A DNA stretch of 62,628 nt, filler included. It is 3 parts of 3 records of this genome, joined end to end, with 100 filler letters (N's around TTAATTAATTAA, not from the genome) between each part and the next. Parts side by side here need not be neighbours in the genome. Positions count along the whole stretch, not along the records: positions 56,168 to 62,628 come from SRR22947727_503; 2 more parts are not named here. The stretch is one strand, 5' to 3'. Positions 61,823 through 62,628 of this stretch are shown piece after piece (position 1 is the first letter of the stretch; every line of letters begins with the position of its first letter). Below the pieces are notes generated by a model. It saw only the letters and a list, made by a program, of their open reading frames with translations, ran no database searches and was not told the origin of the DNA. A program made the translations under genes and the position numbers.

Positions 61823-62509
61823 TCAACGTCGATAAATTCGAATTAATTGTTCGGCGTCCTCGCCGTTTTTCCAGCGTCGTCTGAGCCGAGCATTGCTCCA
61901 AGCCTGGTTCAAAACGCCGCGATGGTTCCAGCGTCGTGCGCTTGTGGTGAGGGCGCACCCCAGGGCACCAATTCGACTGATCTGTTGCAGCCTTTGGATG
62001 AGGTCGACATCTTCCATGAGAGCTAAGGATCGATAGCCCCCAACGCGTTCGTACAGGCTTCGGTGGATTAGGAGACCTTGATCTCCATAGGGCATCTGTC
62101 CCCAGCGGCTGCGAAGCGCCACACACCATTCCAGCAGCTTCAACATTGGCCGGCGTTGATCGACGCGGAAGTCAAAGGCCCAAGCCTGTTGACGTCCCAG
62201 CGCCATGCTGAGCACCCTTTGGACGTGATCTACCCAGTGCTGGTTGAGCCGACTATCGGCGTGCAACACCATCAACCAGCTGTGCTGAGATAACTGCAGA
62301 CCCCGTTGGAGTTGCTGTCCTCGACCCTGCACAGGGCTTTGCACAACCTGGGCGCCTCCTTGATGGGCCACCTGAATGGTTTTGTCCGTACTGCCTCCAT
62401 CCACAACAACGATTTGGAGGGCATCGGGCCACCGCTGGAGATCTGCTAAGAGGAAGGGGAGGTGCCTCGCTTCATTGAGCACGGGAACCACCACGCTTAA
62501 CCCTGCCAT
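61823..62509 (-). CDS. GT2 glycosyltransferase (TIGR04283-like)
   Basis: SVVVPVLNE, VDGGSTD, LHADS, PYGDQG, LMED, TSARRW. Confidence 0.85.
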   Translation of the reverse strand: MAGLSVVVPVLNEARHLPFLLADLQRWPDALQIVVVDGGSTDKTIQVAHQGGAQVVQSPVQGRGQQLQRGLQLSQHSWLMVLHADSRLNQHWVDHVQRVLSMALGRQQAWAFDFRVDQRRPMLKLLEWCVALRSRWGQMPYGDQGLLIHRSLYERVGGYRSLALMEDVDLIQRLQQISRIGALGCALTTSARRWNHRGVLNQAWSNARLRRRWKNGEDAEQLIRIYRR

Positions 62510-62511
62510 GC

Positions 62512-62628
62512 TTATCCCTGCCAAGGCCTGAGATCTGCCAGGTGATCGAGATCATTCCGCCGAGCGATCAGGGCAGTGGTTAGTTGGTTTTGTGCCGCTT
62601 GAGCTTTTGTTTGTTCGAGCACATTCGC
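62512..62628 (-). CDS. 3' end of DUF2064/TIGR04282-like protein (partial)
   Basis: Reads ANVLEQT...NDLDHLADLRPWQG-stop; the DLD..DL tail and adjacency to a TIGR04283-like gene fit this family. Confidence 0.65.
   Translation of the reverse strand, partial: ANVLEQTKAQAAQNQLTTALIARRNDLDHLADLRPWQG

Noticed and set aside
56168-62628. Many overlapping ORFs in the GC-rich contig
   Set aside because: Expected from stop-codon scarcity at high GC; each lies over a recognisable gene.

Overview
The window is not one genome. It is three unrelated, apparently marine contigs joined by artificial 100-nt spacers (44 N + TTAATTAATTAA + 44 N) at 29445-29544 and 56068-56167. Contig 1 (1-29444) is a very AT-rich, streamlined alphaproteobacterium (SAR11/HIMB59-like, inferred). 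It carries rpsP(3' end)-rimM-trmD-rplS-leuCDB-asd, a tRNA-Arg with the uncommon UCG anticodon, and sdhCDAB-mdh-sucCD-sucA. Between these lies an accessory cluster: mtnK, a nucleoside hydrolase, a sugar-type ABC importer, mtnA and a class II aldolase/SDR fusion. This is the best candidate for a new system: a scavenging and catabolic DHAP-shunt-like route for 5'-deoxyadenosine/methylthioadenosine or their sugars. An unannotated ~140-nt structured RNA candidate lies before sdhC. Contig 2 (29545-56067) is an AT-rich gammaproteobacterium (SAR86-like, inferred) with mostly housekeeping genes (xseA, wrbA, sppA, hda, purMN, dcd, recR, dnaX, recX, hsp20, dsbD, mscS, pseudoazurin, sbcB, two tRNA-Val). 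It also has a dnaX A10 slippage site with stops in both shifted frames, a sigma32 promoter with a ROSE-like leader, and a candidate anti-Shine-Dalgarno small RNA. Contig 3 (56168-62628) is a GC-rich marine Synechococcus-like fragment (ridA, Fe3+-type ABC ATPase, gloB, hisG, ABC exporter, GNAT, glycosyltransferases). All assignments come from motif and synteny recognition only; no searches were run.
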